A stretch of 64,000 nt of DNA. It comes from the human T2T-CHM13v2.0 reference genome, Homo sapiens. A program made the translations under genes and the position numbers. A model generated the notes under the pieces. It ran no database searches and was not told the origin of the DNA. It worked only from the letters and a program-made list of their open reading frames with translations. Location of the stretch: assembly GCF_009914755.1 (NCBI RefSeq), contig NC_060929.1; one strand, 5' to 3'. Shown here piece after piece: positions 41,174-55,274 of the stretch (position 1 is its first letter; the number at the start of each line of letters is the position of its first letter).

Positions 41174-41556
41174 GACAGATGGCTTCTCTGTTTCCCTTTG
41201 CCCAGCCAGGCTCCCCTCCTTCCTATTAGCTACAAAACTGGATAAACTTCAGAATATGAGCCAATGAGTAGGAAGGAACTTGAAGACTAAAGATTTTACT
41301 CTCTCCCCTATCCATGCCCCCTACCTCTGACTCTCTCTGTGTGAACAGGAAACTTTAGGGTAGATGAGGAGAATGAATTGGTTATCAGAGTGGAAGACCA
41401 TGGCCCAGGATCCCTGAGCTTTCCCAGTAGCCTCCAGTTTCCTTTGTAAGACCCAGGGATCACTTAGCCATAGCCTGAATCTTTTAGGGGTATTAAGGTC
41501 AGCCTCTCACTCTTCCTTCAGGTTACTAACAAAATTTCGTAGCTAAAGAATGCCAT

Positions 41557-41959
<403 letters not shown>

Positions 41960-44020
41960 TCAAAATAAACATATATAGGGATGGACCCTGTGCATTGTGG
42001 CCTGCCTTGGTGTCCTAGAATTGGAGCCAGTCTTTAGCTTAATGTCTGAAGTATTTATACGGCCAATATGTGTTTTCTTATGTCAGACCAAACTGTCTTT
42101 TTGAATATCAGTTCATTTCCTCTCACCGAGTGCTTTTCGGTGAGAGGCAAAGAGAAAGAATGAACAATCAAGTATTGACAGACTGGCATTAGCAGGACAG
42201 AGCCATACTAGTGACAAGGGCATCCCAAGGCACTTGCCCAGAGCTGCAGAGTTGTGTGTGCCATACCTGCGGCTCAAAGGGAAGGCCTTCTATCCCCTGA
42301 GTTTCTATCAGCTGAAAATGGCAACTGCTGTCTCAGTAAAAGCTCTGTCTTGACTGCAGAGGCTCCAAAAGCATTCACAGTTGAGGGGGAGAAAGACAGA
42401 AAGAAGAAGCCAAAGATAACCTGATCCCTGCCTGTCTGTTGGCACCTGTCATCCTCTGGCTTCTGCTCCCAAAAGCAAGTCTGGATGACTGAGTTTTGTG
42501 GACATGGCACTCCCGGAGACAGCAGTGGCCACCATGGCACCCAGAGTTTGCCCAAGTACTGAATGTTTTGTGAGCAACCATGTTCCCCAAGTAGGTAGCC
42601 AGCGCTGCAGAAACCAAACAGCCTCTTAGCTACCTGACTTTAAAAGGAATGACCTAGGTGTTCTGCCAAAGGAGTTATCTATCATCTCTGGCAAACTTGA
42701 CAATCATCACTTACCTCGACAACCCTGCCCCACATCACTTTATAAAGTCAGCAGGATGTCCTCTCACCCACCCTGTGCTGGTGTCTAACAAATTTATCTT
42801 GTCATGCTCAAATGTGTTTGGCAGCCACACCGATCGGCTGGGTGCTGAACCGCCTCTCTGTAATTGTAGCATCAAAATGACAACAGCAGCAGAGCAGCGA
42901 ATCTTGCACAGCCCCACAGCATGCCTGAGACAAGACTCCAACAAGTAATAATTAGCTTTTTTTCTCCTGCCGCCTACAGTACCTGTCTAACTAAAGAGCT
43001 TCCCAAAGTGGAGGGAAAGGCCATAGAATCCAGGTGTCATTCAGAGCCAGTCCTTGCTGAAATGTGGTCTTCCAGTGGAAGCACCTGTATTATTGAGAGG
43101 AAAAAGTGTTGGATGCAAAGTAACACCAGGACTAGAGAGAAAGAGAAAGGTGAACCATCCTAAGGAGCTTTGGATACTTTTTTAGAAGGATAAATATTAT
43201 GCTTACTGAGGAGAAAAAAAAAAGCGATCACAGAAAAATTTCACAGCTAATATTTTTACAAAAGTTGTGCCAGACATTACAGAGTGAAAACGTCTCTCAA
43301 GGTGGAATGCTTTAGAGAGCAAAGGCTTAGCATAGACCTAGACCCTTGTGTGGGTATGACATGACATGACATGTCCATGTCAAAATTCACTTTAGTCAGA
43401 ACCAGAGTATTGATAAACAAAATGTCAGTTACCTGGAGCAGTCCTGGAGAGGTTAAGACATTCTATACTGTTCTACGTCAACCATTTCTACAAAGTTGTC
43501 CAGACACCTAAAAGCAGCTTTCTTGGTTATCCAGATGCCAGAATCAACCTTGTATCTGACAATGCACATCTGTTGATTCTAAAGTATATTTATGTGTGTG
43601 TGTATGTGTGTGTATACAGCACATATTTACATCTATGAAGACATAGACACTTACAGAGACCCACATGAGCTGGCACTTTCTGAGCCTTTACAGCCTTTAA
43701 GACTCGGAGGTTGAGAATTAGAGACACAAGAGAGGCTGTGGATGGCCTATTAAAATGATTAAAGATGTAAATTCAGTGCCATTTTAAAACTGTTCATATT
43801 TATCAAACAATTACTGTCTACAGCTACATTTTTTGTTAACTTACTTAAAGTCATGTCGCAAGAAAGATCAAACCCATGAATGCTTAGTAGCTAAGGCTAG
43901 TGTTCAAAAGCACTCTAAAAGACATTTTGTCCACATTTTGGAAAAGAAAATATTTGCATGTTTAATTCATAATTTAGGCTATCTTTGAGTATACTGTAAA
44001 GTGCTGTGTGATATAATATC

Positions 44021-44038
44021 AATAAAGTACTTATTAAA
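44021..44038 (+). terminator. Polyadenylation signal(s) of ARHGAP26
   Basis: AATAAA plus ATTAAA, with TGTA upstream (43996) and a T-rich downstream element (gttttctttt). Confidence 0.75.
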
Positions 44039-47000
44039 TGGCACTTTAATGTTTTCTTTTAAAATAACGCACTGTTCTAAACTTCAGTATTGACTATTGA
44101 CTCGTGCATAGAATCCAATGCTGTAATTAGAAAGTAATCTGTGACTAGAATAGACCTTTGTCCCTGTTAGTAGCCCTGTTGCCATGTTCAGGCTTTTAAA
44201 AAATGCTTTTGTGTCACCAAATATATCTATAAAGAAAACAAAATTTCTGTTCAGAGGCCTCTGAAACTTGGCTTTCTTACATGTGGTTGGTTTATGTGAC
44301 AATCCCTATGAAATGAGTGGACGTATGATTTTTGAATTAAATGACTTTTCCATTTGGTGGTATTTTCTTGAGTTTCTGATAGAGTTTGACTCAATACATG
44401 CTTTAATATGTCTTCAAATAAGCATATATACATGATGATCAAAGGTCACAAGTCTCGGCTCCTGCGGTTTTTGGTGACAACCACCGTGCTTATTTCTGAT
44501 GAGCTCTGAGAAGCTTTGCTTTCCATTTAGGAAGAGGTCAGATGCTAGGAAACTTGAGAATTTGCTCCTCAGGCATATTAAACAATTGAGCCCGAAGAGT
44601 CATAGTCCACTTCACATTTCTAACGTTCTTCTCTTAGAATACATATTGTTTTATTCTTCCTAAATTTGACTTTCTAATCACCTATTTTCTGAAACCTCAT
44701 GAACACAAGGATGGAATCATCAGAGCCAGAACACAGGCAATGCCCCCAGCACAGCTGGTTTGTAAGTCTGTTGTTTAGAGCTTGTTGCATGCTGTCCCAG
44801 GCCAAGCCAGATCACTGAGTCTTCGCATTCATCATGTCCCTTCCAGATACATTCTGAGTGGCAGCCTGGGACCCAGGCTTCCAGTGAGCTCCCAGCTTCT
44901 GCCACAAGCACAGAGGACTCCCTGATGGGCTCAGTGGAGGCGGCATGGGGAAGCCAGCGCTCTGGGGACTGAGGATGAGGCTTCTGGCTTCAGATGCTTG
45001 CCCTGGGAGGGGAGGAAGGGATGTGAAGCTCCCTTGGTCCTGGTTCTAAGGGGAGGGGGGCTATTTAAATGCGTGGGTCACATGTGAGCTGTCTGCTTGT
45101 CCTCATTTGCCACTTCGGGCACTCGTTTACCCCTGTGAACAGCACAGGCTGGCAGCAGCTGCTGCCCTCACTGAGTTGACAGCCTCCTCTGGAAAACTCC
45201 CCCAGCACCCAAAGCGTCCCACATGTGTGGGTCATCCTGTAACTAGGCGAGGCTTTCTGAGTATGGTGTACATCTATGTCTGATCCTTCATGGAGAGAAT
45301 GAAATACGTGGTGTCTATTTTATCTTTGTCCTTGGCCTTTCCAATAGATTTCCCAATCACTTCAACTTTCATGCCTTCCTAGCAGAAGGTTTTAATTTTG
45401 TTTTGCTTTTAACAGCCACTCAGAGCAGAGCGCAAACTGTCACGTCCTGTGGTTTTGCTTGGTGTTTTTCACTCAGTTCTGACTGCATGATTAGTCCTAA
45501 GAGCACCTGGGTTAGAAGTGGATTTGATTGACAGTTGAAATTAGGTAAATGTTAGAGAGTGAGTGTGATGAGAGATTTTCTCAGACCCCAAACACGCTTG
45601 CTCATGAGAATTAAGTCATGGCTCTAATTTCTTATTTTCTCAGTTCTTTCCCAACCTCCACTCAGATACCACACTTCTCTCCTACCTGAATGTGTCAGTG
45701 TCATTGGCTTGCCCTGCTTTTAATAGCACCAAGCTAAGCTGCCACTAATTAACTATGCGGGGTTAGTCAGTGTTGGCTGACTGCAGCCTGCACAGCAGCC
45801 AAGGGAGGCTCTAACCTCCATGGTAACTGCTCGGGGTGGGTGAGGTTTGTCACATGGAGGAGCTTTGCATAACCATCCGCAGGGAAGGGGCATGCCCATG
45901 CCGGGATGCATCCTTCAGAAAGCCACCCTGCGGTACCCAGTCAACATCAGACAGTGAGGACCAAAGCCAGAAGGTTTTAAGTTGAAATGATCAACACGGA
46001 GACCCTCTGTATCCCACAGCACTTAGCAACTCCTGTCGCACTGTAAATCTGTCACGTCTCTTACGTCATTGGCTCCATGAAGCCTGCTGCAACTTCCTAT
46101 TAGCTGAAAGCCAGGTAGCTTTGATGCCTTCCCCAGGCCAACCAGCAAATTAGTAAAAACGTGAGTCCATGGGTTCTTTCTTTAGGTGCCAAATCACATC
46201 TTACCCTCCAGGTCTTGTGCCCACCGTAAACTTGAAATATTTGTTCTGACACTGTGGCTGGATGTCCTTTTGGGATTTGTGGGTGGGGGTAGATTATTGG
46301 AAAGAATTATTAACTGTTTTTCTACCTTTTCTGAATCTTCGTGACAAAGAAAAGGAGTAGTCATGCTTGCCTCACCTGTGATGAGCAAGTTGAAATTATG
46401 GCCGTAGAGGATGGCCATCTTTCTGTTACACCTTTTCTCCTATCACACCATTTTTCTCCCTCATGTACTTTCTACCTATAATTAATTCATGATTTGTCAT
46501 CAAATGTTTGAGGCCCATCTTGCTCTTAATAAACAGCTCAGTTAGGACAGAGACCAGGTCTTGTTCATCTCTGCCCAGTACCCAGCCCAGGGCTGGCATG
46601 CAGCAGGTGCTCATAGCCCCTGGGTGGGCTGACCAAGGGGAAAAAAAGTGGGGAAAGCACTGCACTAGAAGGCAGTTCCTCCTCCCTGTTTTACTCTACA
46701 GTTATAGTTGGAAGAAAGAAATTGCATGTTATTACACTTGGGTACTTGAACACAGGGTAACTTTGTGACCCTTGGCAAAACGCACCATTTGCTCACATAC
46801 TGGGATTGGAGCTTGTGGGAGGAAGACCTCCCACCCTCCACTCAGGCACACACAGCCACATTCTTTCCCAGCCTCCTTGGCTGGTGCTGGGCACAAGAAA
46901 CCATCTGGAGAAGCAGCTGACCAAGAGCCAGAGACCCTGTGCTGTCATCTGGGTTACTTAGGGGTTGTTTCATGAACCTTATGTGAAAAGGGCCTGCCTT

Positions 47001-47874
47001 CAAGCAAAACCACATCAGAATCACCCCCAAACATAAAAGAAGTATTCCTTTGTAAAGTCCCTTCACGGAAATTCCACACTGTCCCACAGGAGTTTGGTCT
47101 GATATCTAACACTCTCACTGAGGGAATTCTTTGGGTCTGACTGAAGTTTCCCATGTGGCAGCTTAAGTCCATTTCCGTTCTGTTTTTCCTTACAGTGGGG
47201 AGTAACTGGCCATGGCCCATTGAGAGCAATCACCCTCGATTTTTTATGTTTCCATTCAGCCATCAGTTATTGACCACCTCTTCCATGCCGGAGCTGCTAC
47301 AACCAGGAAGTGTAAGACATGATCTCTGTCTTCAGGGAACTCAAAATTGGCTTCTGCCATAGGGAAATATACAAGGAACAGCGTTTGCCATGTGGTATGA
47401 CCATACTAGCAGTGTGTGGCAGGTAGTGCAGTGCGATGAGGAAGAGGCATCCTTCCTACTGGGAAATAGGAACCAGAGAAAGTTTCACGGAAGAGGTGGC
47501 ATTCAAGATGGACCTTGAAAGATAGAGAAGAGTTTCCCACTTAGGCAAATGGAGACATGTCCCAAGCAGAAGGACAGCAAGGATCAAGAATGAAGGGGGG
47601 AGAGAGAGAAATGGGGAAGGTGGGAGTGGGGAGAAAGAGCAGAGAGAGAGAGGTGGCTGGGTGGTTAGGTATGATTTCAATGTGACTGAAACATGAGGAG
47701 TCAGGGCTTTCTGGAGAATTGAAAACTCTAGTCACCCTTACCCACCCCGCCTGTTAGCCTTTAGGCTCTGTTTTCTCTCAATGACTGACAATATTAGCTA
47801 ACATTTAACTAGGTACCTAACGCTGTACTATATTAATCACTGAATCCCCAAGACATTTGAATGAAGTTCTATAA

Positions 47875-48297
<423 letters not shown>

Positions 48298-48831
48298 CCA
48301 TATGACCTTTTAAAACTTCCAAATTTATTTATAGATACACACACATAATTTTACATAAATGCATAATCACATCACACGTGATCACTTTAAAATTTCGTGG
48401 CAGTTTTTCCTTCTGGTTTTGATTTGGTTCTTCCATCCCCCACATCAGCCTCCTCCCTTTGCAGAACCCATGTTGACAACCTCATTTTGCCCTTCTCAGC
48501 AGTGAGCCCTTCAGAAAGCACAATCTCTGGCACACACTCAGCTTTGGTTTTCCAGTGGCAGGAATAAGAGCAGGAAATGTTTGGATTAAAAATTTTCTTT
48601 CCTTCTAGGAGCCCTCTGCTTACTCATCTTGGGTGAATAGTTCCCCATTTCTTGAGCTCTGTGCAGATACTCCTCATTCCCTGGGCAGCCCCGGGGACTC
48701 CAGCTGCAAGTGTTGGCCAGTCACTTCATCTTTGGGGATGTGGCATGGAGGCAGCCCCCACAGAGGGCCCAGCCGTGCTTTGCTGGCTGGAAATATGTAA
48801 TGTGAAATTTTTAAAAAATTTAACAATGTGA

Positions 48832-49204
<373 letters not shown>

Positions 49205-50427
49205 CTATGGGATTGCCAGGGAAATCCCATGAGCGTGTGTCTTCTTCTGGGAGAACCAGTGTGTTTCTAACCCGATCTTCTAATGCTTAAAAATAGATCA
49301 TTTTCATGGCATTTGAACCCCCTCTTGAGCCTAATGAGATTTAAAGAAGTCAGAGCTAGCAGAGAGAGCACGAAGACTCAAAGCAGATGATGGGTGAGTA
49401 TCTGTAGGGCACAGGAATAGTGGGAGTCAACTAAGGTGGGCTTACTGAGCAAGACTCTCACTCAAGTCTCCTACACTCCCTGAAGGGGGCTAAACTGTTG
49501 CATGTTAAGAGGCCAGTGATGAAGTCTGTCTCATTGATGGAGCACTTCCATGTTATGGGCATTGTACTAATTGCTCTACATTAGTCTCATTTAATTCTCA
49601 AATCAGCTCATGAAATAGGTGCTGTTGTTACCCTATTTTGTAGATGAAGAAGCCAAACATTAGATTGGGCAACTTGTTCAAAGTCACAGAGTTAATAAAT
49701 AACAGAGCAGAGAATCAACCCCAGTGGGCTGACACTAGAGCTTAACGCTTAACTCCCATACTCTTGACGCTCTTAATTCCCGTACTATTCTCACTCTGGG
49801 AACGATCTCAGAAGCTCCACTCCCCAAACGTCCTTCACTTCTTTCACCCCAAGGGAATATCTTTTGTTTTGTCTGCTTGGCATCCAGTACCCATCTTTCT
49901 GGTAACAGCACCTCTGTTTTCCTTTGGGGAGCCACCCTGCCTCTCCCCTCACCTTGGGTTCCATGGGTTTGGGTGAGCTGGCATCAACCCGTGATCCAAC
50001 CGTGAACCTGTGACCCTGCTCTGGCCTATGAGATCATCACATCTACCCAGCCAAAGTGATTGATTGATTCAGGAATGGGCACAGGGCCTAGTTAAGTCCC
50101 CAGTGCCAGGGCTTTGTCCTGGGGAATGGTATACAGGACACAGCAGAGGAATTCATCCTATCGGGAAAGAATAGTAAGTGCTCTTTCCCCCAGCCTCGAT
50201 GTCTCCTCAGCATGAACACTGTCTGCCACTTGTCTTCGTTTAGAGGCCCAGTATAAAGGCTCCTATACTTTATGTTGACTATTTACTGAGATTTTAATAG
50301 GGTACCTCTCAGAAAAGTTGTTTCAGATAGCAAGCAGAAGATGTGAAATATTCATTACAATATAAAATGGACAAACAGTGTCCCACTTTGATCAATCCTG
50401 GAATGATTTCACTAAAAGAAAAATCTA

Positions 50428-50716
50428 GGCCAGGTGCTGTGGCTCATGCCTGTAATCCCAACACTTTGGGAGGCTGAGGTGGGAGTACTGCTTGAGCTTA
50501 AGTGTTTGAGACCAGCCTGGGCAAGATGGTGAGACCTCCATCTCTGCAAAAAAATGTAAAAATTAGCCGAGCACAGTGGCACATGCCTGTAGTCCCAGCT
50601 TCTTGAGAAGCTGAGGCAGGAGTATCCCTTGAGCCCAGGAAGTCGAGGATACAGTGAGCCGTGATCATGTCATTGCACTCCAGCTAAGCTACAAAGTGAG
50701 ACAGTCTAAAAAAAAA
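50428..50716 (+). mobile_element. AluJ
   Basis: Diverged Alu (gcttgagctt, cttgagcccaggaagtcgagg). Confidence 0.9.
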
Positions 50717-51315
50717 TTAAGAAAAACAGAAAGAAAAGACTTTATGCCTTCCTCCACTCTGGAAGCAAAGCTTATTTTTAAAATACTGACTCTCGTTCTC
50801 CATTCTGGGCCAGGAAAAGCCATGACTGGATCTCATAAGAATAGGGAGGAATTGTGTCATACAGAGGCCTCTGCAAATACTTTCCCAACCACAGTTGATT
50901 CAAGTCGTCACTTGATGATTTGGCCCATCCCAGGGGTGCATCAGTGTTGAGACATTTCACCCTGGAGTTCTTACAAAGGACCCCTCAGTCAGTTGTAATA
51001 AAGAATGGCAATAAATCATGCCCAGATCATGACATGGAATTGGATGGCATAAAGTGCTCCTCAGTTCAGAAAGATGTTCACACACCTTGGAGGCCGCACC
51101 CAAACCTGTTCAACCATCCCACAAGCATGAGTCTGAGACACTCTGGGGGCACCCAGTTCAGACCTTCACCTTCACTGAGGTGGGACAGCTTCGTTGGAGG
51201 CCCTGAAAGGGGTTAGGTATGTCTAATCTCAGATACCCTGCTGCTGCTCTTCCTCCATGCCGTGCTCACATTTTTCTTGTTTCAAGGACTGCCAGATAAA
51301 GGGATTCCAAATCTT

Positions 51316-51627
51316 TTTTCTTTTCCTTTTTTTCTTTCTTTTTTTTTTTTTTTTGATACAAAGTCTCGCGCTGTTGCTCAGGCTGGAATCTCGGCTCACT
51401 GCAACCTCCGCCTCCCAGGTCCCAGTTCAAGCAATTCTCCCACCTCAGCCTCCTAAGGAGCTGGAATTACAGGCACGCACCACCACACCCGACTAATTTT
51501 TGTATTTTTAGTAGAGATGGGATTTCACCATGTTGGTTAGGCTGGTCTCGAACTCCTGATCTCGTGATCCATCCGCCTCGGCCTCCCAAAGTGCTGGGAT
51601 TACAGGCGTGAGCCACCGCTCCCAGCC
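51316..51627 (-). mobile_element. AluS antisense
   Basis: TSD AGGGATTCCAAATCTT at 51300-51315 and 51628-51643. Confidence 0.94.
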
Positions 51628-52109
51628 AGGGATTCCAAATCTTGCAGGAACACCTTCACTGGCAAGGAGGGCACTCCTGGCCCACAAGAGATAATACATT
51701 CACTTAAGTACAGCACTTCAAAATGTTCAAGGGATTTTTTTCTGCTCCAAATTTTGATCATGGCACACCTCTGATCAAAAAATTTCAGAAGCTCCTTGTG
51801 GCCTGGAAAGGAAGGAAGGAGGGAACAAAAGAGGGAAAAAAAGAGAGAGAGAGAATCCTTGCTCCTTAGCATAGCATTCAAGGTTTTTCCAAGTATGGCC
51901 CCAACCTCTTCTCCAATGCCCCTGCATGCAACTCATGTCCCAGAAGCACCGACTCTTCATCATATTACAACCGCCTGAAGCAACATCCATCTATCCATTC
52001 CTTCATTCTATTATTTATTGGGTCCTTACTTGTATCCACACCCAAGGCTAGGAACTGTCTCCCACTTGTGTTCCTGAGGTTCACATGCCCTCCACTTCTC
52101 CCACCACAA

Positions 52110-52615
52110 GGAAATATCTGTTGTTTTTGCCTGTGTAGCATCCGTTACTCTTTCTTCTGGTAACAGCATCTGTTTTCCTTCACGGAGGTGCCCCCCTACC
52201 CCTCAGATCCCATGGGTTTAGGTGGCAACAATGATTTATTTATGAACCCAGTCTGGCCTATGAGATCATCAAGTCCACTGAACTAGAGTGATTGGTTGAT
52301 TCAGGAATGAACCTAAGATCTAATTAAGTCCAGGGAGAATCAACATTCTAGATTTTTTAGAGAGGTAGTGGTGAGAGACTTGGTCTGCTAGATTTGGAGC
52401 CATGAGGACTGCTGGTGGCTATCTTGTCCCCTCAATGAAGGAGGCTGCCTGAGATCTGGGTGGCTTAAGAGCAGTGCTGAGAGAGACAAAGAATAGCAGC
52501 ACCCATGCCATTGGGCCAGATGCACCTGAGCTTTTCCACTACATCAGCCAATAAATTCTCATTTTGCTCAAAGCAATCTGAATTGGGTTCTTTCACTTAC
52601 AATAGAAATCCTCAG
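52110..52615 (+). mobile_element. Old ERVL-type (LTR16-like) LTR
   Basis: ttctggtaacagca...gtgattggttgattcagg...ccaataaattctcattttgctcaaagcaatctgaattgggttctttcacttacaa, a typical ERVL LTR 3' end. Confidence 0.55.
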
Positions 52616-53108
52616 CTCTAGATAAACTCAAGGGTGATTTCTGCACCAGCCCTCTGTCCCACTTGATTGTCTGCTCCTCTGTGAGGAGACAGAGAACCTG
52701 ACATCAAGTGTGATTCTATGGGATCTTGAGGTAATCGCTCCTCTTCTTTGAGTATCAGTTTACTCATCTTTAAAATGGACATAAGAACACTTCCCTTCTA
52801 AGGCTGTATGGATTAAATGACATCTATTAATGTGCTTTATAAAGTTCATTGCCCTCAAGTCAATAATATAGTATCACAATATGGATTGTTTTTTTCAATT
52901 TGTGGAAGGAGTTGGCAATGTCTTGATGTTTCCTAAATTGTTGCAGAGCCATTACTGCATTCAGCCTGCCAGTCTTGGGAGTCACCTGGGGCTCTATGGG
53001 TTCTGCCCATTACCACTGTAAAGGAGAACCCTACATATCAGGTGTCATCCATTTCTCCCCACTTGTTTCCCTGGCCATGGCCGAAAGGACTAGACACGAG
53101 TAGACACC

Positions 53109-53603
53109 TGATGGGGTCCGGATCTGTGTCCCTGCCCAAATTTCACATTGAACTGTAATCCCCAGTGTTGGAGGAGGGGCCTCGTGGGAGGCAGTTAGAT
53201 CCTGGGTGTGGAATTGGAGGAGGGGCCTCGTGGGAGGCGGTTAGATCCTGGGTGTGGAATTGGAGGAGGGGCCTCGTGGGAGGCGGTTAGATCCTGGGTG
53301 TGGAATTCTCATGAATGGTTTAGCATCGTTCCCCCTTGGTCTGTACAGCGAATGAGTTCTCAGGAGATCTGGTTGTTTAAAAACATGTAGCACCTCCCAT
53401 CTCTCTCTCTTCTCCTGTTCTGGCCTTGTCAGATGTGCCTGCTTCTCCCTCAACTTCTGCCATGATAGAAAGTTTCCTAAGGCCTCCCTAGCAGCCATCA
53501 TGCTTCCTATACAGCCTGTGGAACCTTGAGCTAATTAAACCTCTTTTCTTTATAAATTACTCAGTCTCAGGTATTCATTTACAGCAGTGCAAGAATTAAT
53601 ACA
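53109..53603 (+). mobile_element. MST (MaLR) solo LTR with internal 46-bp tandem repeat
   Basis: TG...taatACA ends; TSD ACACC at 53104-53108 and 53604-53608; MST motifs (ggatctgtgtccctgcccaaat, aattaaacctcttttctttataaattac). Confidence 0.9.
53168..53307. repeat. 46-bp minisatellite x 3
   Basis: TTGGAGGAGGGGCCTCGTGGGAGGC(A/G)GTTAGATCCTGGGTGTGGAA starting at 53168, 53214 and 53260. Confidence 0.96.
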
Positions 53604-54018
53604 ACACCCAAGCCAGAGGCCATCAAAATGCCAGTGGTCTGGCTTAAACACATGATGCAGGCCAATCAGATTTTTGCTCCTGTGAGTTTGACCTTTGAGG
53701 GAAGCTGTCCTTAGAGATGGGTGCATGAGATGAGAGCTCCTGATATCCAGCTAGGACTGGTGGTCATGTTGCACTGGGTACAAGTTTAAGACACAAAGAG
53801 GCCTATCTGCAGAGGCAAGAGATTGGTGCACAAAGAAAAGACCAGAACCAGAGAAAGCAAAAAGCTGCCTCAGTCCTGAACAGCTTTCTATTTTCCTAGA
53901 AGGACTGTGTTCTGTGCTCTGTTTTAGGATCCCAGATGATCCCTGTATCCTTACAATTAACACCTCATAGTATTTGGGTGAATTTGAGTGACTTCTCTTC
54001 CTTACAACCAGAAAGCCC

Positions 54019-54416
54019 TGTAGTAGTCTGTTCTCACGTTGCTAATAAAGACTTACCCAAGACTGGGTAATTTACAAAGGAAAGAGGTTTAATGGTTTTA
54101 CAAAAGAAAGAGGTTTCATGGTTTAACTCACAGTTCCACATGGCTGGGGAGGCCTCACAATCATGGCAGAAGGCAACAAGGAGCAAGTCATGTCTTACAT
54201 GGACAGTGGCAGGCAAAAAGAGAATTTGTGTGGGGAACTCCTCTTTATAAAATCATCAGATCCCATGAGACTTATTCCCTATCATGAGAATAGTATGGGA
54301 AAGACCCAATCCCATGATCCAATTACCTCCCACTGGGACCCTCCCATGACATGTGGGAATTGCGGGAGCCACAATTCAAGATGAAGTTTGGGTGGGGACA
54401 CAGCCAAACCATATCA
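54019..54416 (-). mobile_element. THE1 solo LTR
   Basis: Ends cagccaaaccatatca; TSD AGCCC at 54014-54018 and 54417-54421; internal 26-bp duplication tttacaaa(g/a)gaaagaggttt(a/c)atggt. Confidence 0.93.
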
Positions 54417-55094
54417 AGCCCTCTCTAGAGCCATAATAGGTCCCAAATGGCAATGGGGAAAGCCAGAGGTTCTGGCAGCCCAAGGTCAGGTAGAGAAACA
54501 GTTTTCAGCTTCTGGGCTTTTTACCCTCAGTCTGGAGCTCCAGAACTGGGGTGCCCACCCTGAGGTTTCACACCAGGAGAGAGAAGGAGTGTGGATATTG
54601 TGCCCCCTCCCTTTCCTGCTAGGGTTGGGAAAAACAGGTTTAGAAACTTGCAGGAGTTGGGCTGGCCACTAATTTCCACAAACTACCTTAATGTCTTATT
54701 GTTATTAACATTAGCCATTGCTCTTAAAACACACACACACAGCAAGGATGTTGCAGGGAGAGCCAAATAGAAATGACAACTTCTTACTCCCTCAGCCTAC
54801 TTTAAGCTCTTTCCTTTGGTAATACCTGGAATGGTTTTCAATTAAGGGCAAACCTGAGGGCCCTGAGGACTGTGAACAATCTCAAGCCCTCTGCCACATT
54901 GCTCCTCTCAAATGCCAGGGGAAAAAGGTTGAAAATCTTGAGAGGCAGGGACGGTGATTTTCTTTCCTTGGAGGCCTAAGCTGACCATGTGGCACTGGCC
55001 CCATTCATCCGCTGTGCGGCAGAGTAAGTTCTGCTTCTCTGCCCCATCCCTGTGGTAGCCCCAGCTGAAGCTGATGAATCTTATACTTAGAGTC

Positions 55095-55274
55095 CCTGGT
55101 GTGCTGGAACTGGCTCATCTCAGGTCACCAGAGCCAGCTTGAAACTGGCTATGGTGGGAGTTATTTATACCACCAAAATCAGCAAGTGCTACAAATCAGC
55201 CCTCCACCACCACCCCCACCCCCACCCCCGCCCCCGCCCCAGCCCGTTTTTAAACACCTCCTAGCACACCACTG
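55095..55274. mobile_element. MER63-like hAT MITE containing a C-rich expansion
   Basis: TIRs ctggtgtgctgg / ctagcacaccactg; internal agcttgaaactggctatggtgggag...gctacaaatcag. Confidence 0.7.

Noticed and set aside
53168-53307. Regular repeats as a possible CRISPR-like array
   Set aside because: Head-to-tail units with no unique spacers, inside a mammalian LTR; no cas genes.
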